A stretch of 47,782 nt of DNA. It comes from Octopus bimaculoides (lineage: Eukaryota). This document shows positions 11,597 to 24,285 of the stretch, in pieces. Position 1 is the first letter of the stretch. Each line of letters begins with the position of its first letter. The translations under genes were made by a program, and so were the position numbers. The notes under the pieces are model-generated. The model was not told the origin of the DNA. It saw only the letters and a list, made by a program, of their open reading frames with translations, and did no database searches. The DNA lies in assembly GCF_001194135.2 (NCBI RefSeq), contig NC_068988.1, positions 73,835,839 through 73,883,620 of the forward strand, read 5' to 3'.

Positions 11597-13350
11597 AATG
11601 CAGTTCAGTTTTGTACCAGGAAGAAGTACTACCAATGTTATTTTTTAAGTCAAACAACTACAAGAATAGTATTTAGCTCAGAGTAGACCATAGTACTTGT
11701 CACTTACTGACCTGGAAAAGCCTTTGACAGAGTCCCTCGCTCTGTAATGTAGTGGCCTCTGAGGAAGGTAGGGGTAGAAAAATAGTTTATGAAAATCATA
11801 CAAGTCATGTACAGGGGTGCTGTCAGTAAAGTGAGAGTTAGCCATGAGTATACAGCGAATTTAGTATACAGGTAGGCTTCACCAGAGATTAGTTCTCAGT
11901 CCCCTCCTATTTGTCACTGTCTTCCATGCCACAGCAGAGGAATTTAAAACAGGTTGTCTCTGGGAACTAATATATGTTGATCTCATTCTCATAGCAGAAT
12001 CTGTAACTGAAAAGAAATTCCAGATGTGGAAGCAAAACTTGGAATAACAAAGACCAAAGCTCTAGTAAGCAGGAAAACAGGCAGAATTCTACCCACTTCA
12101 GGTAAATGGCCTTGCTCAAGATGTAGGAAAGGTGTAGGTAGGAATTCCATACAGTGTATCCACTGCTAGCTATAGATATACAAGAGGTGCAATGGCATCA
12201 CAGAAAGGTTAAGAGAGAAAGTAGTGTTTGTATGTGGAAGAGGCATAGGTGCCTTAAAGAGTAAGGATATACAGGAAATTGATATTCTCAAATGCTCTGG
12301 AAGCTTCTTAGAGGTAGTAGATAGTTTCTATTATCTTAGGTGGCCTAATTAGCAATGGAGGGAGGATGTTCTGAAAGTACAGTAGCTAGAATAAGAATAA
12401 GATGGAGAAAATTCAGAGAGCAATTACCTCCGTTGGCAACAAAAGGTCTCTCTCTTCAAATAAAAGGCAGATTGTATGATGCTTGTGTACAAAAAGCAAT
12501 GCTGAATATAGTGAAACATGGGCTCTAAATGCAGAGGACATGTGAAGACTTGAGAGGAATGAAGCTGTTCATTCCCTTAGATGTGCACGTATAACAAAGT
12601 GCTAATGTATTGAGAGAAAAGTTAAGTATAAGAGGAGTCAGGTGTAGTATACACAAGAGATGTGCTCGTAAGGTAATAATGATGCACATGGATGAAGGCA
12701 ATTGCATGAAGAGGTGCTGACTGTTTAAAGTGGTTGGAACTTGTGGAAAAGAGAGACCCAGGAAGACATGGGTTGAAGTATTGAAGGCTGATTTCAAGAT
12801 GCTGAACCTTATAGAGGAGATGACAGAGGATGAAGATAATAGGTGATTTGCTGTGCTCATGAAGATACATCAATCACAGCAAAAATGATTTCCTAAAATG
12901 ACTTATAAATAAGGAGCTTTGCTTCATCTCCTCCCTCACTCTGATCCATTAAACATTCCTCACAATTCTCGTCCCCTTACAATTATCACTACACCATCTA
13001 TGGTACTACTCTGCTGCTGTAATCACTTGAGAGCAGAATTGGCACATATTACATTTCCCCCTTTCTGCTTACCTTCATCCCTCCTCCCCTCCCCACTGGA
13101 ACCACTTCCATTGCTTATCATCATCCCTATCACACTATTTCTGCCAATCAACTCCTTTTGTGCTACTGATCTCTTTCTTCTGCTATATTCCATTCTTAAT
13201 ACATCTCTTATTTGCTATTATTCTCAATGTTCCCTCATTTCTATCATCAGACACCAATTACTATAGCACCCTCTATACCTCTGTATCTCCCTCTCCACAA
13301 CCTTGCACCGTCAAACATATAGAGAGTGGACATTAAATGATGATGATGAC
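11597..13350 (+). mobile_element. RTE LINE, 5'-truncated and decayed, with long pyrimidine-rich 3'UTR
   Basis: QFSFVPGRSTT, DLEKAFDRVP, VLSPLLF and Cys-rich module motifs; ends gtggacattaaatgatgatgatga. Confidence 0.9.
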
Positions 13351-13719
13351 TATATGACTTTGTGTAAAATCTACAAATTTGCAAACTATAGCTACACCTT
13401 CACATTATATAATATTGTTACATAATAGCATTGTAAACAATAATAATCTCTCTGCAGAAACATCCTTTGTTGTTGTTGTTTAGCCCAAGAGCTAGGTTAC
13501 CTACAGCAGAGAAGACCTATTCTTCTTTTTCTTTTCAGGTATCATGTATCTATTACAACCTTGTGTGCTGTTTCTCAAAATTTCTGTTGCTAGATTAATA
13601 ACTTCAGTGAGTTTGGATTGAGGGAGGTCATATTTTTATATCCTTGAGCTTGTTCTCAATGTTGATGAGGGTTGTATTATATGATAGAATTCCTTTGAGT
13701 ACCTGTGTTTCCATGACAA

Positions 13720-14050
13720 TAGGGGTTTATCTTTGGCTAGGTATTTCTCCTGAAGTTGCCATACCAGGAACATAGGGCACAAAGTCGAACTGCATCTCAT
13801 CTAAATAGACTCTCTCCTTAATTAGTTGAGCTATGACACTCTCCATGACCTTCATTACCTGATCCAGCAGTTTGATACCCTGTAGTTATTTCTATCTAAA
13901 GCATCACCTTTACCCTTGTAGCAGTTGACTATGGTGTTGCTATGCCAGTCATTGAGTATGACTCCTTCGTGAACTAGCTGGTTTGCAATACAGGTGACTA
14001 GGCCATAACCCACACTACCAGATATTTTAAGTATCTCAGCATACTCTCTT
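13720..14050 (-). mobile_element. RTE LINE RT N-terminal fragment
   Basis: rc NCYKGKGDALDRNNY...LLDQVMKVMESVIAQLIKERV, homologous to 29900-30230. Confidence 0.85.
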
Positions 14051-14289
14051 CAAATAACACTTTCAAAAGTTATGAAGCTGGTCTTCATCACCATGCTTTG
14101 TTGATCTTTCTCTTTCTCTCTCTGGATGTTAAATGATGATAATGATACACACACACATATATATATACATACCAGGTTTTGCAAAAGTCCTGTCATACTC
14201 ATTAGAACACTCTCAATAAAGGACACAACGATAGTTTTGATGCAGTTAGACATGTTTTTATTGTTTTAACATATAAATATGTTTAAATA

Positions 14290-14560
14290 TCAATATTAAT
14301 CAATGTGGCTGCTTATTGATGACCAGATCAAACATGAAAGTTTTTCATCAGAAAGAATGAGAATTTGATTTTCATGACAAAAGTTGTTAAGAAGGTGACG
14401 ACAGCACTCCCAACATTGTTCTTGCATACTTTTGGTAAGCAGAGGCTTTTCTATGCACCTCAAGCTCTTGTAGCCCTCCTCCATCACAGCCCTGGACACC
14501 ATGTTCTTTGCAAGCGCAGTTATTTTGAGCTTCAGATCATTTAAGTCCTCCCACTGAATT
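14290..14560 (-). mobile_element. Tc1/mariner-superfamily transposase fragment
   Basis: ORF 14296-14502 ...KPLLTKSMQEQC..C.HLLN...ILILSDEK resembles PLLT..MK..R..LLN...IxFSDEK (first catalytic D). Confidence 0.65.
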
Positions 14561-14599
14561 ACACTCCCTTCTACATACCTGACAGATATGATTAGTATG

Positions 14600-15940
14600 G
14601 TGTAGCACCACCACCATCAGCGGCCTGGTTGTCAATCATCTATCTCACTTTATGACTATGAAGATGACTCTTGAGTCCAGCTTTACTGAGGCAGGGTCTT
14701 GCACAGACACTGTAGGTCAGCATCATAGGAAGACTCTTACCATCTGGAAGTGCAACAGCAATGCCCTTCCTGAAATCCCTCCTTACTTTCTCATGCGCAA
14801 CTCGAGATTTCTCAGAAGTAGCTGTCCCCTCGTGCACAATCCTTCTCCATCACCTACAGTCAATAGCTATGACCTCCCATGTGTCAGGAGAGATGCAAGC
14901 ATTTCTTAAGAAAGCCTTCAGCAAGTCCTTATACCTCTTTTTTAGTTTATGTGGAGGTCGTTCTCCTTTAGCTAACTCTCCATAAAAGAGTTGTTTTGGC
15001 ATGCTTGAATCCTTCATCCTGACCAGATGACCACTCCATCTGAGCTTTTGCTTTAACACAAGAGCTTTCCAATATTTCAAGATCACTGATGCAGTCCTCC
15101 CACTTAATGCCATAGATCCGTCTGAGACACATCTGATGGAAACGTTCCAGTTGTTTAAGGTGGTATCGATACGTGACCCACTTCTCGCAGGCATAAAGAA
15201 GAGAAGAGAGTACACACACACCTTGTACACCTTTATCTCTGTCTTCCTGCATATGTCTTGCTGACTCCAGAGACGCCTTTCTAGCCTTCCGAAAGCATCA
15301 CTTGCTTTCCTAATTCTGTATGGAATTTCATTATCCAAATTGCCATATCTATTAACGGTGCTTCCCAGGTAGACAAACTGATTGACTACACCAAGTCATT
15401 TACCATACACATAGATATTTGGTTCAATATACTGCTTACCAGGGGCAGGTTGGTACATGAGAACAGTTTTCTTGAGACAGACTGTCAATCCTAAGGCAGT
15501 GGAAGCATCAGAGAATGCATTCAAAATGTGTTGCATATCAATCTCTGTGTGCGCTACTAGATCACAATCATCTGCATACAAAAGGTCTCTTATGATAGAG
15601 GTAAATACCTTTGTTTTTGCAGCAAAGTGCCTGATATTAAATATGCTGCCAGAGGTTTGATAATGGATGTAAACACCATATCTGCAGTTTCTGAATGCAA
15701 TACAGAAAACCATCACAAAATATATGGCAAATAGGGTTGGTGCCAGAATATCCCCATTTCACTCCATTTTGTATTGAGATAGGCTCCGACATTTTACATC
15801 TAACATTAACTCCACCCTTCATGTCTTCATGAAAAGACCTAACCAAAGCAAGGAACTTTTCAGGACAACCAAGTTTCTGGAGGACTTTCCACAGTGCACT
15901 TCTATTAACNNNNNNNNNNGTGCACTTCTATTAACGGTAT
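14600..15940 (-). mobile_element. RTE-BovB-like LINE, 5'-truncated at (TA)n
   Basis: RDLLYADDCDLVAH; KASDAFGRL; LRWSGHLVRM; C-terminal CARPCLSKAGLKSHLHSH; frameshifted across ORFs 15637-15846, 15396-15716, 14850-15338, 14640-14837. Confidence 0.9.
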
Positions 15941-16669
15941 TGTATATATATATATATATATACACATACATATATATACATACACACATATATACATACA
16001 TATATATATATATACATACATATACACTGTTCTAAATAAACTGAAAGACAGCCCGTCCTTAACATGGCTGTTTAGTTTACTAGAAATAGCAGTTATTAAA
16101 CGTATAAAACAGCCGCTATTCTGATCACCTAATACGCCGCAATGGGGGAAAAAATCCTCTGCAGTATATTAGGCGAGATTAATTGATAGCATCTGAAAAC
16201 AAAACGAGGAAAAAAAAACTCCGCGGTGTGGGGGAGGGAATTTCTGAGGTGCAAGTTGACTGGGAATCTGGGGCCCACCAAAATTGTTCCCAATTAGGGT
16301 CCCGCACATCCTAAGGCCAGCCCTGTCGCCAAGGGAAACTAATATTACTCTCTAAAAATTTTGAGACATCCCAAAATACTTTTAGCATTATCGCAGGTAT
16401 GACGGCAGGGGAGCACTTGAATCGCCGAGCATCGTTTGATTCTTCAATGTACCGGGACAGGAACGACATCAAAAATATTTTTGTTAACAGTCGAGAACCC
16501 ATACAGGCGACAAACTAAATAATGTAACTTTCAAACTGATTACGGTTATTTCAATGCCTTGTTTTGTTCAGCTACGGATGCAGTCAATTCCACCTCCTTC
16601 GCATATTGTAATAATGGGTGTAAATAAAAATTCTATTATTTACTTGTAATAATACAGATTTAAAACAAG

Positions 16670-17070
16670 TCAACTTACCGTTATCAGATGTAAACAGTGA
16701 ATTAGTATGTTGTTCTTTTTTTACCAAATTACCAAAGAAATTATCTCGTTGCTAAATTTGAGATTCATAGATTTTAGTAAATCTAATCTACATTAATGTT
16801 AAGCAGGCAACATTAGCCAAAGTTTCGTATCTTCTCAAACTGGCTTTATATTTTTAGCTGTAATTTTATAATTTATTATAATCAGCTTGCTTTTATGTCT
16901 TTTAGCTGCAGTGAATTATAATCGTTTATTTTTCTACTCGCAGTAATATTTTCAATGCAACGTGTTAAAAAAATTATTCACAAAACAAACACGTACACGT
17001 GCAAACGTCGACTCCAGCTCGATAGCATGTCTCTTTTGACTGCGAGATGACATTACGCGCACTAACTCTG
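16670..17070 (-). promoter_or_regulatory. Candidate first (non-coding) exon and promoter of ZNF1
   Basis: Perfect minus-strand donor cg|GTAAGT with intron starting at 16678; CpG-enriched 16990-17070; motif shared with 36450-36495. Inference only. Confidence 0.35.
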
Positions 17071-17376
17071 AGACAATGCCTAGTCCTGTCTTCTGCATAA
17101 GTTCGCAGCCATACGTCCCTATAGAACTGGCTCTCAACCTATTTTTGTCCATGCCCTCACCCACTTTAATTCCTATTTTTACTGGGCTTCTATACCCATT
17201 CGATCTTTTCTTGTTTGGCTGCCAATTTTCAATCTCTTCTGTTCGAATTGATTTCATATTCAGTGTAATATACTTTTATATGCTAATCAATGCCATGAAA
17301 TTTATTTTTGCCATAAATAAATAGTTATTAGCAATTAAAGTTCGAAAATTTGGGGTAATTTTAGCCAGTCATGCCT

Positions 17377-17390
17377 GTTTCCATAGTAAC
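17377..17390. promoter_or_regulatory. RFX X-box-like palindrome
   Basis: GTTTCCATAGTAAC matches the GTTNCC-AT-RGNAAC X-box consensus. Confidence 0.35.
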
Positions 17391-17766
17391 AAGCCAAACA
17401 TGCGAACTATTTTGTCTATGAGAAAGTACATGTTGACTAAATATGTTCCAGTCATTGAGATGGTTGTCTTGTATGCTAAAAATTGCAACCAAATAGGCCT
17501 TAAATCACACACCAGAAGAGGATGCAGTTTCGTACTCACAAGAAAAGGGTGTTATACTCAAAAGAAAATTATGCAAAATGAAGAAGCATTTTATGAGTAC
17601 AAGAAAACGTGGTGAGAATATGTATTGACGATGCATGCACCAAGGATGCATGGAGTCTGTGTCAGTGAGGAAAGACACATGGCGCCCTTCCTCTTGGGAC
17701 TCTAGTGTTTTTTTCCTTTACTCATGGGTTAAGGAATTAACTTCAGTCCAGTTTTGTGTTGAAGAA

Positions 17767-17979
17767 GGTACTACTAAAGCAGCACGGTCCCGAACGCGCA
17801 GTCGCGCGTCCGCGTCCGCGCTAGCTAGTCTTGAGTGGTCGATCCTAACCCTAACCCTGTCCCTAACCCTATCCCGCGTGTGCAAATGAATATGTGTTTA
17901 GGGTTAGGATCGACCACTCACGACTAGCTAGCGCTGACGCGCGACTGCGCGTTCGGGACCGTGCTGCTTTAGTAGTACC
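17767..17979. mobile_element. Foldback MITE with ~85-bp TIRs, 8-bp TSD and telomeric repeats (Merlin-like)
   Basis: GGTACTAC...GTAGTACC termini; TSD ttgaagaa at 17759-17766 and 17980-17987; (CCTAAC)n and (TTAGGG)n at the inner TIR ends. Confidence 0.85.
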
Positions 17980-18854
17980 TTGAAGAACTGGGGATGAGCC
18001 ATTGCACAGCTGTTGATTATAACAGCTATGTTAGGGAAGTATATGTGGAGGACCTGCTCCATCATCCAGTTAAGGTGGTCCTGGGAAGATTGTTGAGATG
18101 TTTGTTTGTTTTTTTTTAATATTTAATTTGTAATGTGCTATAAGTTTATTATTTTGAGAAATATTTAATTTGTATTGTGTTGTTTATCGCATTAAATTCA
18201 CATTGAATGCTTAAAACTATAAAATACGTGTTGTTTACTCGTTTTTTGTTTGTCATTGAGGTGATTGTGAAGTGTGCTAAAAATAACAGCTACATAATCG
18301 TATGAAGTCCCACGTATAGAATACAAATTCATAAAAATTTTCTGAAAATTCCGAAAAATAAAAAAAGCTATGAGGGTTATATGTCGTGCGTAATTCATTT
18401 GTTTATGGTTTCATATAAAAAAAAAACAAGTGCCATTTTCAGGACGTTGACAAAATATGCAGTCACATACAAAATGATAACTTCTAAATCCTGTTTCCTG
18501 ACTGGGTGAAAATGATTAAACTTTAAACCTCTATAAGGTTTTTTTCTTTTAAATTTTTCTGGAAAGAGTGAAATAACTCCATCAATTCAACTTGGAAAAC
18601 TGTATTAATGTACCAAATTTTAAAATTTTCAACAAACTTTGATTTTTGAAACTGTGGTCGCCAAACAGAAAAGATCCTACTGTATTTTTATAATTAAATA
18701 ATAGGAACTATATTAAAAAATCAAAATAGTTTGTGTATAGTAGAAGTATAAACGATTTATTGCAGATAAATTTTAACAACAGAATCTTAATATGGACTTC
18801 CAGGGCTCATATGGAGCCCTGTTGAGAACCATTGGTATATAAAAAAAAAAGTGA

Positions 18855-19660
18855 CAAGTTGACTTGTCCAACGCAGGTAGTGGCCTGTGAATGTTAGCTG
18901 CCTTTGTTTGATTGTCTGGCTGACGGGCAGTAAAGATGCATGTTGTGACTTGTTTGATATATGGTTGGCATAATAGATGTTAAAGGCCTTACGCAGAGGT
19001 CAAGCATGTCTATCATCTAATTGGGCGACCATAACAGACCAGCATTCAGAGTCATGGACAGAACAGATTCTACTGTAGCATGAAGCAGGCATAGTTTTAG
19101 ATCATATGACAGCTGTGGTGCTTTTGAAGTTTTCCATTGCTTGTCAGATGCTGGCCATATTATTGCTTTATAAATTTTAACATCAGTACTGCAAGAGAAA
19201 ATACGAGAACCCAGTTAGCAGAAATCGGTAACTGACTCAATGGGCCCTGATGAAAGTGTAAGATCTCCTACATCAGCATTTTTACCAAAGATTATGGAAG
19301 GTGACTCCATGTTTGTGAGGAGAATCCGAGTATTTGTGATTGTATGTGAGATGAGTACAATGTCATCTGTGAATTTGAGGTCAGTGAGGTACAATGCTGG
19401 ATAACATGAACCTTGGCTGGGATAGAGAATTATGCATTGCTCTAATACCAAAGTGTACTGTAGTACATAGTCGAAGACTATAATGAAAAGGAAAGGAGCT
19501 AAGGTGTTCCCTTGGAGAACTCACGTTGACTGCAAATGTGTTGGTGTCTGTGTCAGAAGTGCATAAGAAAAGTTTGCAGTCTGCATAGACAGAGCAGATA
19601 GCACTTACAACTTCACTTGGTATGCCTTCAACAGAAAGAAATTGAAACATTTGCTCATGG
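18855..19660 (-). mobile_element. RTE-clade LINE fragment (a different family)
   Basis: GIPSEVVSAICSVY; TDLKFTDDIVLIS (FADD); LHATVESVL; IKQRQLTFTGHYLR. Confidence 0.8.
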
Positions 19661-19920
19661 TGGAAAGAATCAAAAGCTTTTGTGTGTGTGTGTATATGTA
19701 CACATAAATGACAGAGAAATATTTGATGAACTATTATTTAACAATAGGAAAAATCTTATATCTACGACAAATTGTTTTGTTACTCAAAAATATACAAATA
19801 ATTTACATTATCAATGATACATTAAGGAGCTTTTTTATGAGCATTACCGGATTACACAAATCCATATATTGTGACTTAAATTTCTGTGTGTGTGTGTGTG
19901 TGTTTATGTACATATGTATA

Positions 19921-20380
19921 TTGGGTTTGCCAAAATGTCTGTTCAGCTTTCATCGACACTAAACTTCAAGCACACTAACAAGTAACTAACTGCAGACTGT
20001 CTCTTGCGCATGTGCACTCATTAGATACTTGACGCTTTAATGTAGTTCAACATGAACTTGCAACGAGATGCATTTTGTGTACTTGGGATTACTCTGAAAT
20101 AGGAGAACCAAAACTAATATTACCAATACCTCATGCTTTTTTATTTAAAAAAGGCAAGAAAGCACTGTGTATGGAGAAGATGCTTTTACGGAACATATAA
20201 GCCAGAAGAGGTTTTCAAGATTTTGCTCAGATAACCTCGCTCTGGTCATCAACAGAGATTGACAGCAACACCAACCCATTACATAACCCCAAATATCCAA
20301 ATCAGGTGTTGAAAACCATTCGCATCAACTTGATTATGTCAGCAGACTTGATGTTTGGGACCCACATCAATTAGATGAGG
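19921..20380 (+). mobile_element. Mariner transposon 5' fragment
   Basis: TA|ttgggtttgcc TIR-like start; VYGEDA, RSG and VWDPHQL (WVPHEL motif) remnants. Confidence 0.75.
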
Positions 20381-20419
20381 CTAGCCTCATGCAATGGATT
20401 TTCATCCGCAATATTCGAT

Positions 20420-20833
20420 GACTGGCACCCGTGACAATGTCGTCTCCTTCATTGGACACGTAACTCAGCTTGCGAAGACTTATTGGGGCAAGTGAAAGCG
20501 AAATCAGGATAACACCTGTGCCCAGCGTCGCCTTTCTAGCACTTGTACCCGTGACATGTGTAAGGACTGGCTCTTGTGCGGGTGGCACATAAAATACACC
20601 ATTCTGAGCGTGGCCGTTGCCAGTACTGCCTGACTGGCCTTCGTGCCGGTGGCACGTAAAAGCACCCACTACACTCTCTGAGTGGTTGGCGTTAGGAAGG
20701 GCATCCAGCTGTAGAAACTCTGCCAAATTAGATTGGAGCCTGGTGTTGCCATCCGGTTTCACCAGTCCTCAGTCAAATCGTCCAACTCATGCTAGCATGG
20801 AAAGCGGACGTTAAACGATGATGATGATGATGA
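20420..20833 (+). mobile_element. RTE LINE 3'UTR and (GAT)n tail
   Basis: Repeated ggcac(a/g)taaaa units, then the standard tail; rc copy at 46625-47116. Confidence 0.85.
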
Positions 20834-21280
20834 TTATCTATATTATTATATTATCGAATACTATGCATNNNNNNNNNNNNNNNNNNNNNNNNNNNNNNNN
20901 NNNNNNNNNNNNNNNNNNNNNNNNNNNNNNNNNNNNNNNNNNNNNNNNNNNNNNNNNNNNNNNNNNNNNNNNNNNNNNNNNNNNNNNNNNNNNNNNNNNN
21001 NNNNNNNNNNNNNNNNNNNNNNNNNNNNNNNNNNNNNNNNNNNNNNNNNNNNNNNNNNNNNNNNNNNNNNNNNNNNNNNNNNNNNNNNNNNNNNNNNNNN
21101 NNNNNNNNNNNNNNNNNNNNNNNNNNNNNNNNNNNNNNNNNNNNNNNNNNNNNNNNNNNNNNNNNNNNNNNNNNNCTGGGATCGAGATGTAGGAAGAAAG
21201 TTAGCTTCAAGCAATCCATAGTAAATACAAAAAACAACTTTCAGGGACAATAGTGGTTTATTCTTTTCTACTCTAGTCAC

Positions 21281-21475
21281 AAGGCCCGAAATTTTGGGAG
21301 AGGGGAGCAGTCGATTAGATTGACTTCAGTATGCAACTGGTACTTAATTTATCGACCTCGAAAGGATGAAAGGCAAAGTCAACCTCGGCAGAATTTGAAC
21401 TCAGAACATCAAGACAGACAAAATAACACTAAGCATTTCGCCCGGTGTGCGAATGTTTCTGCTAGCTAACTACCT
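21281..21475 (-). mobile_element. tRNA-derived SINE with Nin-type central domain
   Basis: rc gttctgagttcaaattctgccgaggttgactttgcctttcatcctttcgaggtcgataaattaagtacc (B box plus Nin-like core). Confidence 0.8.
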
Positions 21476-21739
21476 TAATATAATATACTTAGTTGCATTT
21501 GGGTGGATTTCCAAAAACTAGAACCCTGATAGAAAATAATAAACAAAAAAGAGAAAAAGATCCAAAGCATTTAATCCATAATTGTTAAAAGAACTGTATT
21601 CTGCATTCCAGAACAATAAAAAGAAGGTATCTCATTTTAAGTTAAATTAGTCATTAGCCAAGTTTCGACAAGTCTAATAGAGAGAATGAAATGCAATGGC
21701 AGGTTGGCTTTGTTCTTGCATGTAGTGTGTAGTTCTTGC

Positions 21740-23380
21740 ATGACCATAATTGCTCACTCTCAGCATTGATTGCTTCTGCTGATGTTTAGTTTTGAGGGCT
21801 CTTCTTTCCAGTGGTTTGTCAAGCATTTCAAAGAAGTCTTGTAGGATAGTAAGGCTTGCAATAGCTCTGCATAATCTTCAGCTCCATACACTTGGTCACT
21901 GAGCCAGTAGTCTGCCCAGTCATACAAGATGAACTGGCAGACCATCTGCAATTTCTCACATGTGGCATGATGGAAAATGCAACAAGGGCTAATATTGCTT
22001 GCGAATACCATCTGGCATTACTGATGTTTGGAATTTTCTGAAACTTGATGAAATGTATGTCTCGCTTTTCATGGAATAACCTGAAGGCATGGGTTAAGTG
22101 GAACAGAAACTTCATATCAGCTCTCTAACCAGCTTGATCTTCAATGACATGAGTTCCATTCTGGAAGGAGCCTTGGAGTTCTTCATAACTTGTCATGAGT
22201 TCTTTGACAAGAAAATATTCGATGTTGAATGAATTGCTTGCACCTGTTAGCTCCTCATTTATACCAATGTGCAGGATTCTGTCCAAGACATGGTGTTGGC
22301 AGCTCATGAATTGTAGCTTGTCATAGCCTTTGCTCAAGAAATTCTCTGCAGTCTAACCACTACCCTGCTCTTTCATCCTGTATTCACACTCATTGTATCA
22401 GCAATAATCTTTGAAATAAGTGACGTTCGTCCAAGTTGCTTTTCAAATCTTCTGTAATGGTCTCAGCCTTGCCATCACACAGCTTCAGAGCAGCCATCTT
22501 GATTTCATTTGCTTCATTCTTGATGACAACTGCTTGATATTCATTTCTGTCAATATGTTTACCATTGAAATGCAGGCTCCATTTCTGATTGCATAGTGTA
22601 TCAATCAAGGGTTTCTTCATTTCACCAGCTTTCTTGAACAGTGCATTGTAAATGCCTTGCAGATTAGGAGCTGGGATATCAATGTCATCCTCTGACAATT
22701 GCTTGCAGATTTTCACAGCTTTGTTAGTAGAGACGTTTGTTCCAGTTACAAATCTTGTACCAATTGCAGATTTGTTGTGTCTTCTTGTGGAAGAATAAGT
22801 GCCATCACTATCACTATCATTTTGATCAACTCTGTCATCTTCACCATAATTGTACTCTTCAATCTCTTCTTCAGAATCACTGTAAGTATCCAGGGCTGTT
22901 GAGTTTGATAAAGAATGGGAGGCTTCAGCATGAGAATATCTTCTCTTGGAAGGATGGATAGTGTGCTTGCTTGCAGCTTTGCTTGTTGAATAACCCACTT
23001 TGCCCTTGCTTTGGAGTTGGATGGAGTACAGCATTTTATCATCTGCATTGAGCCATTCACTGCAGACTTTGGTGATACTGAACAGTTCTTCTAATGGCTC
23101 AAATTTTCCTTTCTTGGTGCATTTGTCATACAAATGAAGCACTTTTTTGAGCTTGGAAATGATTGGAAAATTCAGTTTCTCTCTACAGTAGTGTCACCAC
23201 TCTTAGTAATTCTGCCACTCTCTCCTTTCTGCCTTTAATTGATTTCCCAAGAAACTGGTACCAACCAACAATCTTCTCCTCCTTGAGTGGCATTTGGCTT
23301 TTGCTGGCCAGTGAGGCTTCTTCTACAGCCACATGACCTCTAGATGAATGGGACTGGAACTGCACTAAATACAGTGCTTA
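21740..23380 (-). mobile_element. Decayed DDE transposase of CxxH type (hAT/P/MULE/Kolobok supergroup; resembles hATm)
   Basis: WSLHFNGK (D1 mutated), IADTMSVNTG*K..VVVRLQ (D2), SCQHHVLDRIL (CxxH), NARW, SNQC*E*AI (E); several frameshifts; TIRs not identified. Confidence 0.7.
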
Positions 23381-23789
23381 GGTAGGTAGAAAAATACAAA
23401 AGCACCTGGAAGCATCCCTGATCTGGTCACTGGTACATGCTGAACTATGTTATAACTAAGAACAAGGATTGCGGTGATTACAGATTCACCAGAACTCACA
23501 AAACTCCCAAGTGTTACTTGGATCACAGATGGTTCACAGCAAGGTATTACTTTAACCATATGGAAAGAGGCCACTGAAATCCAGTTTACATCTGAGAATT
23601 AAAGTCGCTTCTTTAAAAAAATCCAGAAATGATAAAAAAATTTTGAAATACATTTAAATTCAAAGCTTGCAGAAATAGAGGAATGTCTGAAGTGTTGTGA
23701 CACAATATTTGTGACATCAAATCATCTGTTGAAGTAGCTCTAGGATTTGTGAAACACAAACCCCAACAAGAACGATTCTCAAATTAAAC

Positions 23790-24285
23790 CTCTCCTAAAA
23801 ACTTTGCACAAGGTATCTTTTTCACTTCCAAAAATCATTTCACTTGATATCCATCCTTTATTCTTAATATTGTGCTCTCCACCCTTCTGTACCACTAAAT
23901 CATCTCTCCCTCTTCACCACCAAACATTTCTCACTCTCCCCATGCACTATGCTTGCCTCCTCTCCCTCACACTCTTGCAACCTACCACACCACACATTTC
24001 ACTTGTCTATTGTATCATTACTATTGAGCTGCTCTTCACCTATTTCTGTACAGTCTCATCCCTCCATCCTTGTCTACCATTCACTACATCCACCCCTTAA
24101 TCTTACTCTTCCCTACAACACATATTTATCATCAACTACTTCTCAATTCTTGTACCCTCCTCACCCATTCTGGGCCTCACGGTAGAAATGACAAAACATG
24201 GAGAAAATGTAGAGATATCATGCATAAGACATGTCCAACCCATACCAATTTGCAGAATGGAAATTAAAACACTGATGATGATGAT
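23790..24285 (+). mobile_element. Pyrimidine-rich RTE 3'UTR remnant with (GAT)n end
   Basis: CT-rich body like 12900-13350 and 43430-43880; gtccaacccatacc...gatgatgatgat. Confidence 0.55.

Noticed and set aside
12525-13266. ORFs 12525-12860, 12622-12873 and 12919-13266 as host genes
   Set aside because: Antisense or UTR translations of the RTE LINE with no domain content.
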